In this document: piece by piece, positions 48,565 through 59,943 of the stretch
How the letters are laid out: each line of letters starts with the position of its first letter
Position numbering within the stretch: position 1 is the first letter of the stretch
Assembly (NCBI GenBank): GCA_036785375.1
Contig: JAWMAR010000074.1
Span: 7,068,001-7,132,000 of the forward strand
Origin: Leucoraja ocellata
Lineage: Eukaryota
DNA length: 64,000 nucleotides
Reading direction: 5' to 3'
Position numbers and translations under genes: made by a program
The notes under the pieces: generated by a model
Told to the model about the DNA's origin: nothing
Seen by the model: the letters and a program-made list of their open reading frames with translations, nothing else
Database searches by the model: none

Positions 48565-48790
48565 GGAGGCAAGAAAGGTCTAAAACAAATCAGGGCCGGC
48601 AACAGGTGGCCTCGGGAAAGGGGGAGACGATAATGGATGTGCTAACGAAAGGGATAGCAATGCAAACAGTGGAACTAGGAGAGCCACTAGCGTGGGGGGG
48701 GGGGGGGGGGGTGGGGGGGGGGGGAGGGAATGCAGGAGTTACTTGAAGTTACAGAAATCAATGTTCACACCGCTGGGTTGTAAACTACCC
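48565..48790 (-). mobile_element. Penelope-like element ORF terminus and 3'UTR fragment
   Basis: Minus strand 48789-48739 encodes GSLQPSGVNIDFCNFK*, homologous to 19448-19486. Confidence 0.7.
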
Positions 48791-49026
48791 TTTTGTAAAT
48801 AGAGTTAGAGCAGGGTTTGGCTGCATGGTCATGAGTGTACAGGGAGTATAAGGAACTGAGAATGCATCCTTGTGGGGCACTGGTGTTGATAATTATCATG
48901 GAGGATGTTTTATCATATATCCTTACTGATTATGGTCTATTGGTCAAGAAGAGAGGATACAGTTGCAGAAGGGTGCTGAATCCTAAGTTCATAAGTTCAT
49001 AGTTCAAGGAGCAGAAATAGGCCATT

Positions 49027-49613
49027 TCAATTCAATTCAATTCAACTTTATTGTCATTGCACAAATACGAGTACAGGTAGAGTGAAATGCAGTTTAGCGT
49101 CTGGTCATAGAGCAAGATAATAGAAATAAAAATAAAAATACAAACTAAAAATACAAATAAAAATACTGGTTAACAATGTGTGGACTGTGGATGAATTAAA
49201 CTGGTACATAGGCAAATAAATGTATACAAATGGGAGAGTCTAAAGACGGGACTGTGAGTTCAGCAGTGTAATGGTGTTATTGAAAAAGCTGTTCCTCAGC
49301 CTGCTTGTGCGAGACCTGAGGCTCCTGTACCGCCTCCCTGATGGGAGGAGGGCAAACAGTCCATGGTTAGGGTGAGAGGGGTCCTTGATGATTTTCCCGG
49401 CCCGTCTCAGACACCGTTTGCGGTGGAGGGCATCCATGGCAGGGAGCGGGGCACCGATGATGTGCTGAGCGTTTTCCACCACCCGTTGCAGTGCCTTCCT
49501 GTCAGCTGCAGTGCAGCTGCTGTACCATACCGTGAAGCAGGTGGTCAGGATGCTTTCGATGCTACAGCGGTAGTAGTTGGACAGGATCTGGGGGGACAGG
49601 TGAGCTTTCTTAA
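49027..49613 (-). mobile_element. Rex1/Babar LINE 3' end nested in a CR1-type tail (48990-49900)
   Basis: LKKAHLSPQILSNYYRCSIESILT..LPSGRRYRS and (TTGAA)n tail. Confidence 0.85.
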
Positions 49614-50089
49614 GCCTCATTTGGCCCATCAAGTCTACTCCGTCATTCAATCATGTCTGATCTATCGTTCCCTCTCAACCCCATTCACCTGCCTTCTCCC
49701 CACAACTCCTGATACCTGTACTAATCAATCTCCGTCTTAAAAATATCCATTGACACCCTTCACAGCCTTCTGTGGCAAGAAGTTCCACGGATTCACCACC
49801 GACTAATGAAATTCTTCCTCATCTCCTTTATAAAGGTATGTCCTTTTATTCTGGCCTCTGGTCCTAGACTCTCCAACTAGTGGAAACATCGTCTCCACAG
49901 GTTCAGGAGTTTGCAGTATGGAGATGAGCATGAACCACAAACGCTGGCTTCTCTACCTCCCCCCTCACGATGTGCCGTCGTTGCTCAGTGACATCCTTGA
50001 CCCTGGCAACAGAGAGGCAGCAAGCTATGCTGTCACTCCAACTAATCTACATGGTTGGAGGTGAGCTGCATCTGGGCACACTTCCTGCA

Positions 50090-50840
50090 AACATGGTGTA
50101 TGGTACACCAGCTGCACAGCGGCTCAGAGGAAAGCGCTCCAGAGGGCCATTGACAACGCCCAGAGGATTGTCGGCTGCCCTCTCCTTACCTTGGAGGACT
50201 TACACAGTTCATAGAAACATAGAAATTAGGTGCAGGAGTAGGCCATTCGGCCCTTTGAGCCTGCACCGCCATTCAATATGATCATGGCTGATCATCCAAC
50301 TCAGTATCCCGTACCTGCCTTCTCTCCATACCCCCTGATCCCCTTAGCCACAAGGGCCACATCTAACTCCCTCTTAAATATAGCCAATGAACTGGCCTCA
50401 ACTACCCTCTGTGGCAGAGAGTTCCCGCTGCATCAAAAAATCCCAGAGTATTATAAAGGACATTTCCCACCCCGGACACTCCCTGTTTGAACTGTTGCCG
50501 TCAGGCAAACGGTACAGATCTACAAGGACAAGGACGAACAGACTAAAAAACTGTTTTTACCCCACTGCTATAAAAGCACTAAATGTAGCCGCCAAGGAAC
50601 GCAGGGGCGATACATACTAAGGGACTGTGGTACACTGTGAAACCAACAGAAGGATGGAGGGTTGGGTGTTTATGCGTGCTATTTTCGTGATATTTATTTT
50701 AGTTGTTTATCTTTTAATATTTTATCTTGTATGTATCGTTAGCTTTTAGAAATGTTTGAATGGTGCACTGACTGGCTGACATTTTTAAATTTCATTGTAC
50801 ATGCTTCATGTTACAATGACAATAAAGAAACTATTCTAAA
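50090..50840 (+). mobile_element. Rex1/Babar 3' end interrupted by a young CR1 tail (50209-50424, -)
   Basis: IIKDISHPGHSLFELLPSGKRYRS..; the insert matches the young CR1 3'UTR. Confidence 0.83.
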
Positions 50841-51774
50841 CTATTCATAGCTGTCAGAGAGACTGAAGTATTCTCTGATTTCCCACATCTGATGGAAGGA
50901 GTATGACTGGCACAACTGTCATGCTAACACACCTAAAAATAAATGGACTTCAGGAAAAGTAAACCTTGCATCATGCCTTGACATTCCCTTGTTTTTGCTC
51001 ACCCTCTTCACTGAAGCCTGGCATTCACCAAAGCCTGCACCTTGACCTGCCAGCAGCACTTTCACCCTCAGACAGGCATTCTCAAAATGGCTGCTCACAA
51101 CTGGCCACTCTGGTAGTTCCTGACTCCCTTTCACTTGCTGTTAACGCTGTCAGTACTGAAATTACAAGTTCTTACCTGCACATAAACTTGTAAACTGCTT
51201 TGGCTGCTCTTCGCTGCTACCAAGGCCATCAGAATTGAAAATAACCAATGCACATCATATTATAAAATCGCCACAGTCATGTTCACTGCATTATTTCTTT
51301 ATTTTGTTCATTTATTCATGGGATTAAAGAAGAGGCTATTCGCTGGCAAGACCAGTATTTACTACTTGTTGTTACTGCAACATAAGTCTTTGGCACTGTA
51401 TTCAGGATGTTCTGGAGGCCAATTAAGGTTTCCAATATCAAATACATTCAGGCATGTTTTAATAATAAAAGGAGTGAACGGAATTGACTGAAGACCAATA
51501 TTTTCAGAAAGGGGTCCAGCTGAATCTTTCTCTTCAGCCTTTGACTCGTCCTGTCAGTTGTGACCTCTGACATCATTGAGGTTGGCCTTGTTCATGTCAG
51601 GTCTTGCGCCCCTCAATTTTAGTTGTCCACCACTATTCATGGTTTACGGAGCTTTGATCTGATGTCACATGGGACTCATTTGTTCTGACCCTGATGTGGT
51701 GTGTAGCATTCACAAAGACCCATGTTGTGGTTTTGATGGATTGCCACCTCATCATGGGGGGGTACCGACAGGGT

Positions 51775-52066
51775 GAATGCATGGAGTATTTTACCAGAGT
51801 AGGGGAATCATGAACACAAGGACATAAGGGGAGAGGAGATAGATATAATAGGAATCTGAGAGTGTTGTGGATGTATGGAACAAGAGGAGATAGTTGAGAC
51901 AGGTACTATAACAACATTTAAAAGACATTTGGACAGGTACATGGATAGGAAAGGTTTAGAGGGATATGAGCCAAATGCTAGCATGTGGGACTAGTGTAGA
52001 ATGGACATCATGGTCGGTGTGGGCAAGTTGGGCCGAAGGGCCTGTTTCTATGCTGTATGACTCTAT
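51775..52066 (+). mobile_element. Old CR1-type 3' end
   Basis: catttaaaagacatttggacagg..gggccgaagggcctgtttc..(TGACTCTA)n. Confidence 0.75.
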
Positions 52067-52967
52067 AACTCATACTTGTGTACATTGATGCTTCTCCGGC
52101 AACTTCTTAAAGCCCTCATCAATGAATCAGTCCCCTGGATTGATGCTACTGGGCGTGAGAGGAATGTATTGACATAGTCAATAGGCGATAGACAATAGTG
52201 GTCTCATCCAATGCACATTGGTTAGATTTTGTTTCTGCAATCAATGCTCCCATGTTTGATTTAAGGGAAAGTATTATTTTACCCACTGAGCGGAAAGATA
52301 AGCAAAACTTTGGAAGCATGACGAAATCCTAAAGGTTCTAATTGTAAGAGATATACTGCATCAAAATACTGAATCATCATGATCCTCAGGTAGTAACATC
52401 TCATTTGATCCATGCACTTAACAAAATCTAGGAACTTCACTGTTGGCAAAATGTTACATAGAATCTAGCTTAGAAAAATGGCCTTAATCTTAATAATATT
52501 ACAAGATACAAGATACATTTATTTGTCACGTACCAATTGGTACAGTGAAATGTGTGGTCGCCATACATCCATACAAATAAATAATAAAGAGCTGATCTCC
52601 AATGAATAAAGTTCTAGCTTGCTCAACCTCTCCCTATAGCACAGGGCCTCAAGACCTGGCAACATCCTCTTCTCTGCACGCTTTCTAGCTTGACAAAATC
52701 TTTCCTGTAATATGGTGACCAAAACTGAACATAATACTCTAAATGTGGACTCACCAACGTCATATAACTGCAATATGAGCTCCCAATTTCTATACTCAAT
52801 ACTGACTGTTCAAGGCCAATTCCATATTCTATAACAAGATTCTATTATGACCAGAGATATGGATTTATATTAGAAAATGTTAGCAGTAAAGGTGTGGCAA
52901 CCTCTGTTGAGGTTTTTATTTTTAAATGCTGTCATCTGAGTGCTTTCAAACAATTCCTCATACCTAG

Positions 52968-53575
52968 GCCAACTTGAAGACTGTACTGCCGAAATTCTAT
53001 CAACATGTCAAGTGTTCTACTAGAGGGGTGAACACGCTGGATCATGTCTACACCAATATCAAGCACGCGTATAGAGCCATCCCCCTCCCCCAACTCGGCC
53101 AGTCAGATCATCTCTCCCTCCTGCTCTCTCCAGCCTGCAGAAGATCATTGGTTGCCCTCTCCCCTCCCTGATGGACATCTACACCTCCTGCTGCCTTAGC
53201 AGGGCAAAGAAGATCATCAAAGACAGCTCCCATCCTGCGTTTGGACTGTTCGACCTGCTGCCCTCTGGAAGGCGCTATAGGTGCATCAAATCTAGGACAA
53301 ATAGACTCAGAAATAGTTGCTTTCCGAGAATTATAACTACTCTTAATTCAAATTCACACATGCACTGACTTCACTGCCCAACACCCGGACTTCCATCTGT
53401 ATATATGTATATATGTATGTAGCGCCGCAGAATTGTGCACCTACCCCCCCCCCATCCCCCACCCCCCCCCCTTCTCCCTTCTGTTTTTGTGCTAAATTGT
53501 ATGTATGCACTGAGTACGAGCAGCTTTCAGTTTCACTATACATGTGTAGTGACAATAAATGGCATATCTATATCT
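52968..53575 (+). mobile_element. Internally deleted Rex1/Babar LINE
   Basis: Endonuclease end (TRGVNTLDHVYTN..GQSDH) is joined at ~53135 to the ORF C-terminus (IIKDSSHP..LPSGRRYR) and 3'UTR. Confidence 0.8.
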
Positions 53576-54419
53576 AGCCCATCAATGTAGGTCATAAAAC
53601 CATGAACAAAAACGTTGATAATGAATAATAGAATCAGTTATATTACTATGAACTGGAATATAGTTTGGGATTTTCTGCAACCTTCAAAACAGTCATATAG
53701 TGTTTGGAAATTATTACCACTTACATGCACAGAGGGCACTTCTGATCAATTATATGGTTTTAACTTGACACAATGCATCTGTCAAGGCTATATTATATGC
53801 AACAATAGAGCTTCCAAACCAAAGCTTTATGTCTTACTTACTTTTGCCAACTATATTTACTCATGCAAAAGATCAATGGTTCAATGGTTCTCTATTATCA
53901 TATGTACCAATGTACAGTGACATTCTTTTTTTTGCATACTGATCAGTAAGATATTGCCAAAGCAAGCCATTCATCCCAAAACGTACTTGCTTGCTTCAAA
54001 GAGTAGTTCATCACCCCTCTTCCTATTTCCTTTTAGTCCTGCAACTTACATTTCTCCCATACACATTGATGCTCTTGACACTTATATGCACAAGGGTTAA
54101 TTTGTCTTCTTCCTGAGCAATTCCTTGGATGGAGAACGACTTGCTTTCATGCCGGATTTGTGCTGTTCAAGGTGAGTGTTGAGATCAAGGTGGGTACCAC
54201 AAACTCTTCCATAGCTTGGACAGGAGGAGGGTGAGAGGACGGGTGGGTGTGTGGTACGCTCAGTATGCGAGAATACTCCTTCTCCAGTCTCGGCAATCAT
54301 GTACCAGGGCTTCCCAGATGCCAAGGGGGATGCTGCACTTCTACATGGAGGCAATGATCACATTCTTGAAACCTTTTCTCTGTCTACCTCATATTCTCTC
54401 ATTGGAACAGCATATCTTT

Positions 54420-54592
54420 CAAGAGTTAGATTTAGCTCTTAGGGCAAAAGGAATTCAAGGAATATGGGAAAAAAGCAGGAATGGGGTACTGATTTTGGAT
54501 GAACAGCCATGATCATATTGAATGACGGTGCTGGCATGAAGGGCCGAATAGCCTTCTCCTGCACCTATTTTCTATGTTTCTATGTTTCTATG
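54420..54592 (+). mobile_element. CR1 3'UTR and tail
   Basis: (TTTCTATG)n tail. Confidence 0.85.
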
Positions 54593-54805
54593 CCTGTGCT
54601 GAGTGCCTGATGTCAGGCATGCAAATAGCATGGTGCTTGCAATGTACCTGACTGAGGGTAACCAGGTTCTCACTGCCAGGGACTTTTGGCCTGGGAGAGG
54701 ATACTGATTTTGAATCACTTAACCCTTCAGTTAATTTTGCAGTGATAGCATTAAAAAAAAACTAAAAATAGATTTATTTAATTATTACAGTACTATTTAC
54801 AATAG

Positions 54806-55177
54806 TCAAGAGTCAAGAGTGTTTTATTGTCATATGTTCCGGACGGGACAATGAAATTCTTACTTGCTGCAGCACAACATAATATGTGAATATGTAAACA
54901 TTGTATATAACGGGAAAAAAAAGTTCAATAATTAACAAATATAGTGCAAATAACAAATAATAATATAGCCTTTTGCAGTTCAGAGCTCATAGCTTATCCG
55001 TTGTGTTTAATAGCCTGATAGCTGTGGGGAAGTGGCTGATCCTGAACCTGGACGTTACAGTCTTCAGGCTCCTGTACCTTCTTCCTGATGGGAGTGGCGA
55101 ATTAAGTGTGTGGCCAGGATGGTGTGGGTTCTTGATGATTTTGGCTGCCTTTTTGAGGCAGCGACTATGATAGATCC
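54806..55177 (-). mobile_element. Rex1/Babar 3' end
   Basis: Homologous to 22233-22684. Confidence 0.8.
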
Positions 55178-55475
55178 CAATACTATATAATACAAAGAAA
55201 CAATAATCCCAATACTAAACAATACAAAGAAACCCACCACCATAATACAAGTAAAACAAATATTCTTAATTAACTATTTCACAATCCTTATTAAGGATGT
55301 ATTCGACCCTCTGCGGTGCCCAGCGGTCCCGGAAATTCTCCAGGGTGCCCGTGGACAGCACATAGTCCCTCACTAAAACCACCCAGGTGCGAACGTAATC
55401 CCGGAAAAGAAGCAAGCAGGCGGCTCGTACAGAGCCCTTGTCCGCCTGGCACCGTGACTCCCGGCAATGAGAGAA
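55178..55475 (-). mobile_element. Tx1/L1-type LINE 3' end
   Basis: DYVRTWVVLVRDYVLSTGTLENFRDRWAPQRVEYILNKDCEIVN*, homologous to 23603-23835. Confidence 0.6.
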
Positions 55476-55551
55476 TTGGTAAGTGCTTTGATTGCAGACT
55501 ATAGGTAATCCAGATCCCAGAGGCATACAAGAAGGCAGGGCTCATAGTTGT

Positions 55552-55736
55552 TTAAGAAGGAACTGCAGATGCTGGAAAATCGAAGGTACACAAAAATGCT
55601 GGAGAAACTCAGCGGGTGCAGCAGCATCTATGGAGCGAAGGAAATAGGCAACGTTTCGGGCCAAAACGTTGTCCATTTCCTTCGCTCCATAGATGCTGCT
55701 GCACCCGCTGAGTTTCTCCAGCATTTTTGTGTACCG
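55552..55736. mobile_element. Penelope-derived palindromic retroposon (hammerhead core deleted at the apex)
   Basis: ~72-bp arms within 55585-55735. TSD ggg[c/a]tcatagttgt (55538-55551, 55737-55750). Confidence 0.82.
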
Positions 55737-56639
55737 GGGATCATAGTTGTCTGGTTGACCATTGGTTTTGTGCCAAAACTTAGGTCTTGATCTTCAAATA
55801 TCTTTTACCTCAATCAACCAAAGTTTGTGTTGGTGCAGTAAAGGTGGTGATGAATTTTATCACTGATTAATGAACCTGCAAATCATTCTTGGATTATGGG
55901 AGGCGGCTAAAGCACTCAGGTGGAACGGGTATGGTGTAAAGTCCACACAGATAGCACTTGATTGAACCTGGATTATTAGAGCTGTGAGATAGCAACACTA
56001 ACTACGGCACCAATATATCACCCAAATTCCCTTTGGTAAATCCTGGGCTTCGAGTGGACATGAATGAGGGTTTTAACATGCTAGGGGCAATGACAGGAAC
56101 CCAATCATTTGAAATAAAGGGCTTGTAGGACTGGAGGCTTGTAAATACCAGATGGTGTAACTTGTATTGGAATCATTATCCTCTCGAACATATGTTAAAA
56201 ATGTGTGTTGAGTGTTGATCACTTCCTGAGTGAACACTGCTGGCTAAAATAAATTAGTGGTTACATTAGGTTGTGGTGTGTCTCTGCTCGAGCTTCAGAG
56301 AGGGGGAACGGAAATAGTTTCTTGTTCGAAGAGACAGCTTTAGGGAGGCGGAACACAGGAGGTGAGGTTACAAGATCTACAGGATGGGGTGGCCTTGACA
56401 TGGCAGTCTCTTTATTTTTCCAATTCCAATGCATTTGGAACACACAACATGGACCAGTACAGTAGATGACCAGGGCCTCATAGAACAGTACACAGGAACA
56501 GACACTGGCACCAGGAAGGTCACAAGGCCCTCCAGCTCTTCCTTGACCAAGAACCCAATCTGTTTTCCTCTACCAACACTGTTCTCTGCATGGTGGAACT
56601 TGTCCTGACCCTCAACAATTTTTGTCCTTTGACTCATCT

Positions 56640-56960
56640 CACTTGGGGGGGGGGGGGGGGGGGGGGGTGAGTGGGGGAGGGGAGTCAGTCTACCTCATGA
56701 CAGAAGGGGAAGGAGTTGTACAGTTTGATAGCCACAGGGAAGAAGGATCACCTGTGGCGATCTGTACTGCATCTTGGTGGAACCAGTCTGTTACTGAAGG
56801 TACTCCTCAGGTTCACCAGTGTGTCATGGAGGGGGTGAGCTATGTTGTCCAAGATGCTCCACACAGTTTGAGGAGCACCCACCCCTCCAAGACCACCTCC
56901 TATGAATCCAACTCCGCCCCAGGATGGAGCCAGCCTTCCTGATGAGTTTGTTAATGATGA
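56640..56960 (-). mobile_element. Rex1/Babar-type 3' fragment
   Basis: SILDNIAHPLHDTLVNLRSTFSNRLVPPRCSTDRHR. Confidence 0.65.
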
Positions 56961-57404
56961 AGAGCACATCATCAGGGCAACCTAAGTCTGGTCAAAAAGT
57001 GCTCAGCGTGTACATTTGATGTCTACATACAACAGGATTGCCCTGACTGGATTGAAGGACAATAAGAGGAACATACTAGCATGCAATGTGACCACAGGTA
57101 CTTAGAAATAGCCAGCACATATTGGGTTGCGCAACACGGAGGTTGAATTACGCATAGAATGGAAAGGAAATCATACAATCACTTTACAGCAGGGGTGTCA
57201 AACTGCAGCCCGATGCCAGAGCGGGCTGCAGCTGTCCACGATCCGGCACGCGTGAAGTCGCCAAAGGGCCAGTTTCTGCACTGTATCTCTAAATTAAACT
57301 AAATTTAAAAATGGTGAAAAGAGAATAACTTCAATTTGTTATTGTGGCACACAAGCTACATGCGTACTCTCTCAATAACCAAACACAAAGTCTGACAGAA
57401 CGTA

Positions 57405-58408
57405 CAGTGCATTCAGAAAGTATTCAGACCTCTTCACATTTTTCCACATTTTGTTACGTTAGAGCCTTATTCTAAAATGGATTAAATTCTTTTTTTTTTT
57501 ATCAGCAATCTACACACAATAGCCCATAATAAAAAAGTGAAAACAGGTGTTTAGAAATTTTTGCAAAATAATTAAAAATAAATAACTGAAGTATAACATT
57601 TACATAAGTATTCAGACCCTTTACTCAGTACTTTATTGAGGCACCTTTGGCAGTGATTACAACTTCAAGTCTTCTTGGGTATCACGCTACAAGCTTGGCA
57701 CACCTGTATTTGGGTAATTTATCTCATTCTCCTCTGCAGATCCTCTCAAGCTCTGTCAGGTTGGATGGGGAGTGTCGATGCACAGCTATTTTCAGGTCCC
57801 TCCAGAGATGTTCGATCGGGTTCAAGTCCGGGCTCTGGCCGGGCCACTTACGGACATTCACAGACTTGTCACAAAGCCACTCTTGCATTGTCTTGGACAT
57901 GAGCTTTAGGTCGTTGTCCTGTTGGAAGGTGAACGTCTGCCCCAGTCCGAGGTCCAGAATGCTCTGGAGCAGGTTTTCATCAAGGATCTCTCTATACTTT
58001 GCTCCGTTCATCTTTACCTCGATCCTGACTGGTCTCCCAGTTCCTACCGCTGAAAAACATCCCTACAGCAAGATGCTGCCACCACCATGCTTCACCGTAA
58101 TATGGTATTGGCCAGGTGATGAGCGGTGCCTGGTTTCCTCCAGGCGTGACACTTGGCATTCAGGCCAAAGAGTTCAATCTTGGTTTCATCAGGCCAGGGA
58201 ATCTTGTTTAGGTGCCTTTTGGCAAACTCCAAGCGGGCTGTCATATGCCTTTAACTGAGGAGTGGCTTCTGTCTGGCCACTCTACAATAAAGGCCTGATT
58301 GGTGGAGTGCTGCAGATATAGTTGTCCTTCTGGAAGTTTCTCCCATCTCCACAGAGGAACTCTGGAGCTCTGTCAGAGTGACCATCGGGTTCTTGGTCAC
58401 CTCCCTGA
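57405..58408 (-). mobile_element. Tc1 (DD34E) DNA transposon: right TIR and degraded transposase C-terminal half
   Basis: TA|CAGTGcattcagaaagtattcagacc terminus, with aagtattcagacc repeated at ~57418 and ~57607 (IR/DR type). FQQDND..WPGQSPDLNPIEHLW motif. Confidence 0.92.
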
Positions 58409-59529
58409 ATATGTTAGTAAGTCTCTATCCTAAGGCCCTTTGAGCTGCTGAGCCGGTGGGAAGTGCTCTTTAAAGTCAGAAGTAACAAAACTTTGGCCTC
58501 TGGCTGGCTCAGCAGCTGGAGTTATTGGCCTTTCCTTTAGTGCAAGTTGCATGTCCCTTTCGACCTTTTCAAAACCCCTAGCACTGAGAGCCCACTGATT
58601 CAGGGTAGGGCCACTGGATGAAGCAAACACAATTACAGAAGGAACTGAGTTTGCTTATGGACAGTTTTATTTGGAACATATCGACAAATCCTATGAAGCA
58701 GATCCTAAATTAAATTCTATTCTCTGAAATGAAAATGAATGAATCTTGTCTCTGTTGAAACTGCCAAACTACTTTAAATGGGAACAAAATAAATCTAACA
58801 AATTTATGCTTTGACCTTTGCTAAACTTGGTATTTGACAATGGAAAGAGATGAGGCAGGAACGAATCTATCCACTGGCATTGGTTTTTGAAGGAGCTGGA
58901 GGAGAGCAGGTATTGGCTGTCAAATGAAAAAGCAAATTAAAAGGTATAGTGTTGGCACTGAGGAAAAAATGGAACACAGTGCAAGGAGAATTTCAGTTGC
59001 ATTGTTCTCTCTTTTGTGGTCTCACTACTGGCATTAATTTGAGCTTGAGTTCCCACGCATTAGATACACATGTCCCTGCAGCTTTGATCCTCACAATTGT
59101 GGTCTGGTATAGTCTGATAATCACTTCCATTTCCTCTTGTTCATCAATGTGCCCATGACAGAGTAAAACAGAACTCCACATAAAAGCATTGCGAATCTTA
59201 CATCCAGAATCTGCAACATTTGTGTTTTTTACTTCATGTAACATTACTGGGCACAAGTTCTGGCACCATTCGAGTTGTAAAGCCTGAAGATTACCGCAGT
59301 TCCACAATTTCCTTCAGAGTTTGTGAAGGCTGTCAGGTAAACTGGGGGCATAAGTGGAGTCCTCTGACTTTCATGGAGTGTTTCCTGTTGGCCTGCATTT
59401 GACAAGGACCCAGGGAGTGGCAAGGTCAGAGGTCAGGAGAAACCACTGACATTGGAGTCAAGCATTTCTTCCACACAGCTACAGCAATGTCACTAGAGGC
59501 CTGCATCTAACACTGCCATTTTCTATTGT

Positions 59530-59943
59530 TAAGGTCTCACATAGCAGATTAGTGGTCACATTTGATAAGGTCCCACATAGGAGATTGCATTTGATAAGAC
59601 CCCACATAGGAGATTAGTGAGCAAAATTAGGGCACATGGTATTGGGAGTGGAGCGCTGACATGGATAGAAAATTGGTTGACCGACAGGAAACAAAGAGCA
59701 GTGATTAACGAGTCCCTTTCAGAATGGCAGGCAGTGATTAGTGGGGTACCGCAAGGCTCGGTGCTGGGACCACAGCTATTTACAATATATATTAATGATC
59801 AGATTACAAGTAACATTAGCAAATTTGCAGATGACACAAAGCTGGGTGGTAGTGTGAACCTTGAGGAGGATGCTATGAGAATGCAGGGTGACTTGGACAG
59901 GTTGGGAGAGTGGGCAGATGCATGGCAGATGCAGTTTAATGTG
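59530..59943 (+). mobile_element. CR1 LINE internal RT fragment
   Basis: [34 protein letters not shown]. Confidence 0.9.

Noticed and set aside
50950-54400. GC-richer unique-looking patches (50950-51230, 51500-51770, 54100-54400) as exons
   Set aside because: No sustained ORF or splice pair. They look more like very degraded LINE (RTE-like) remnants, too decayed to annotate confidently.
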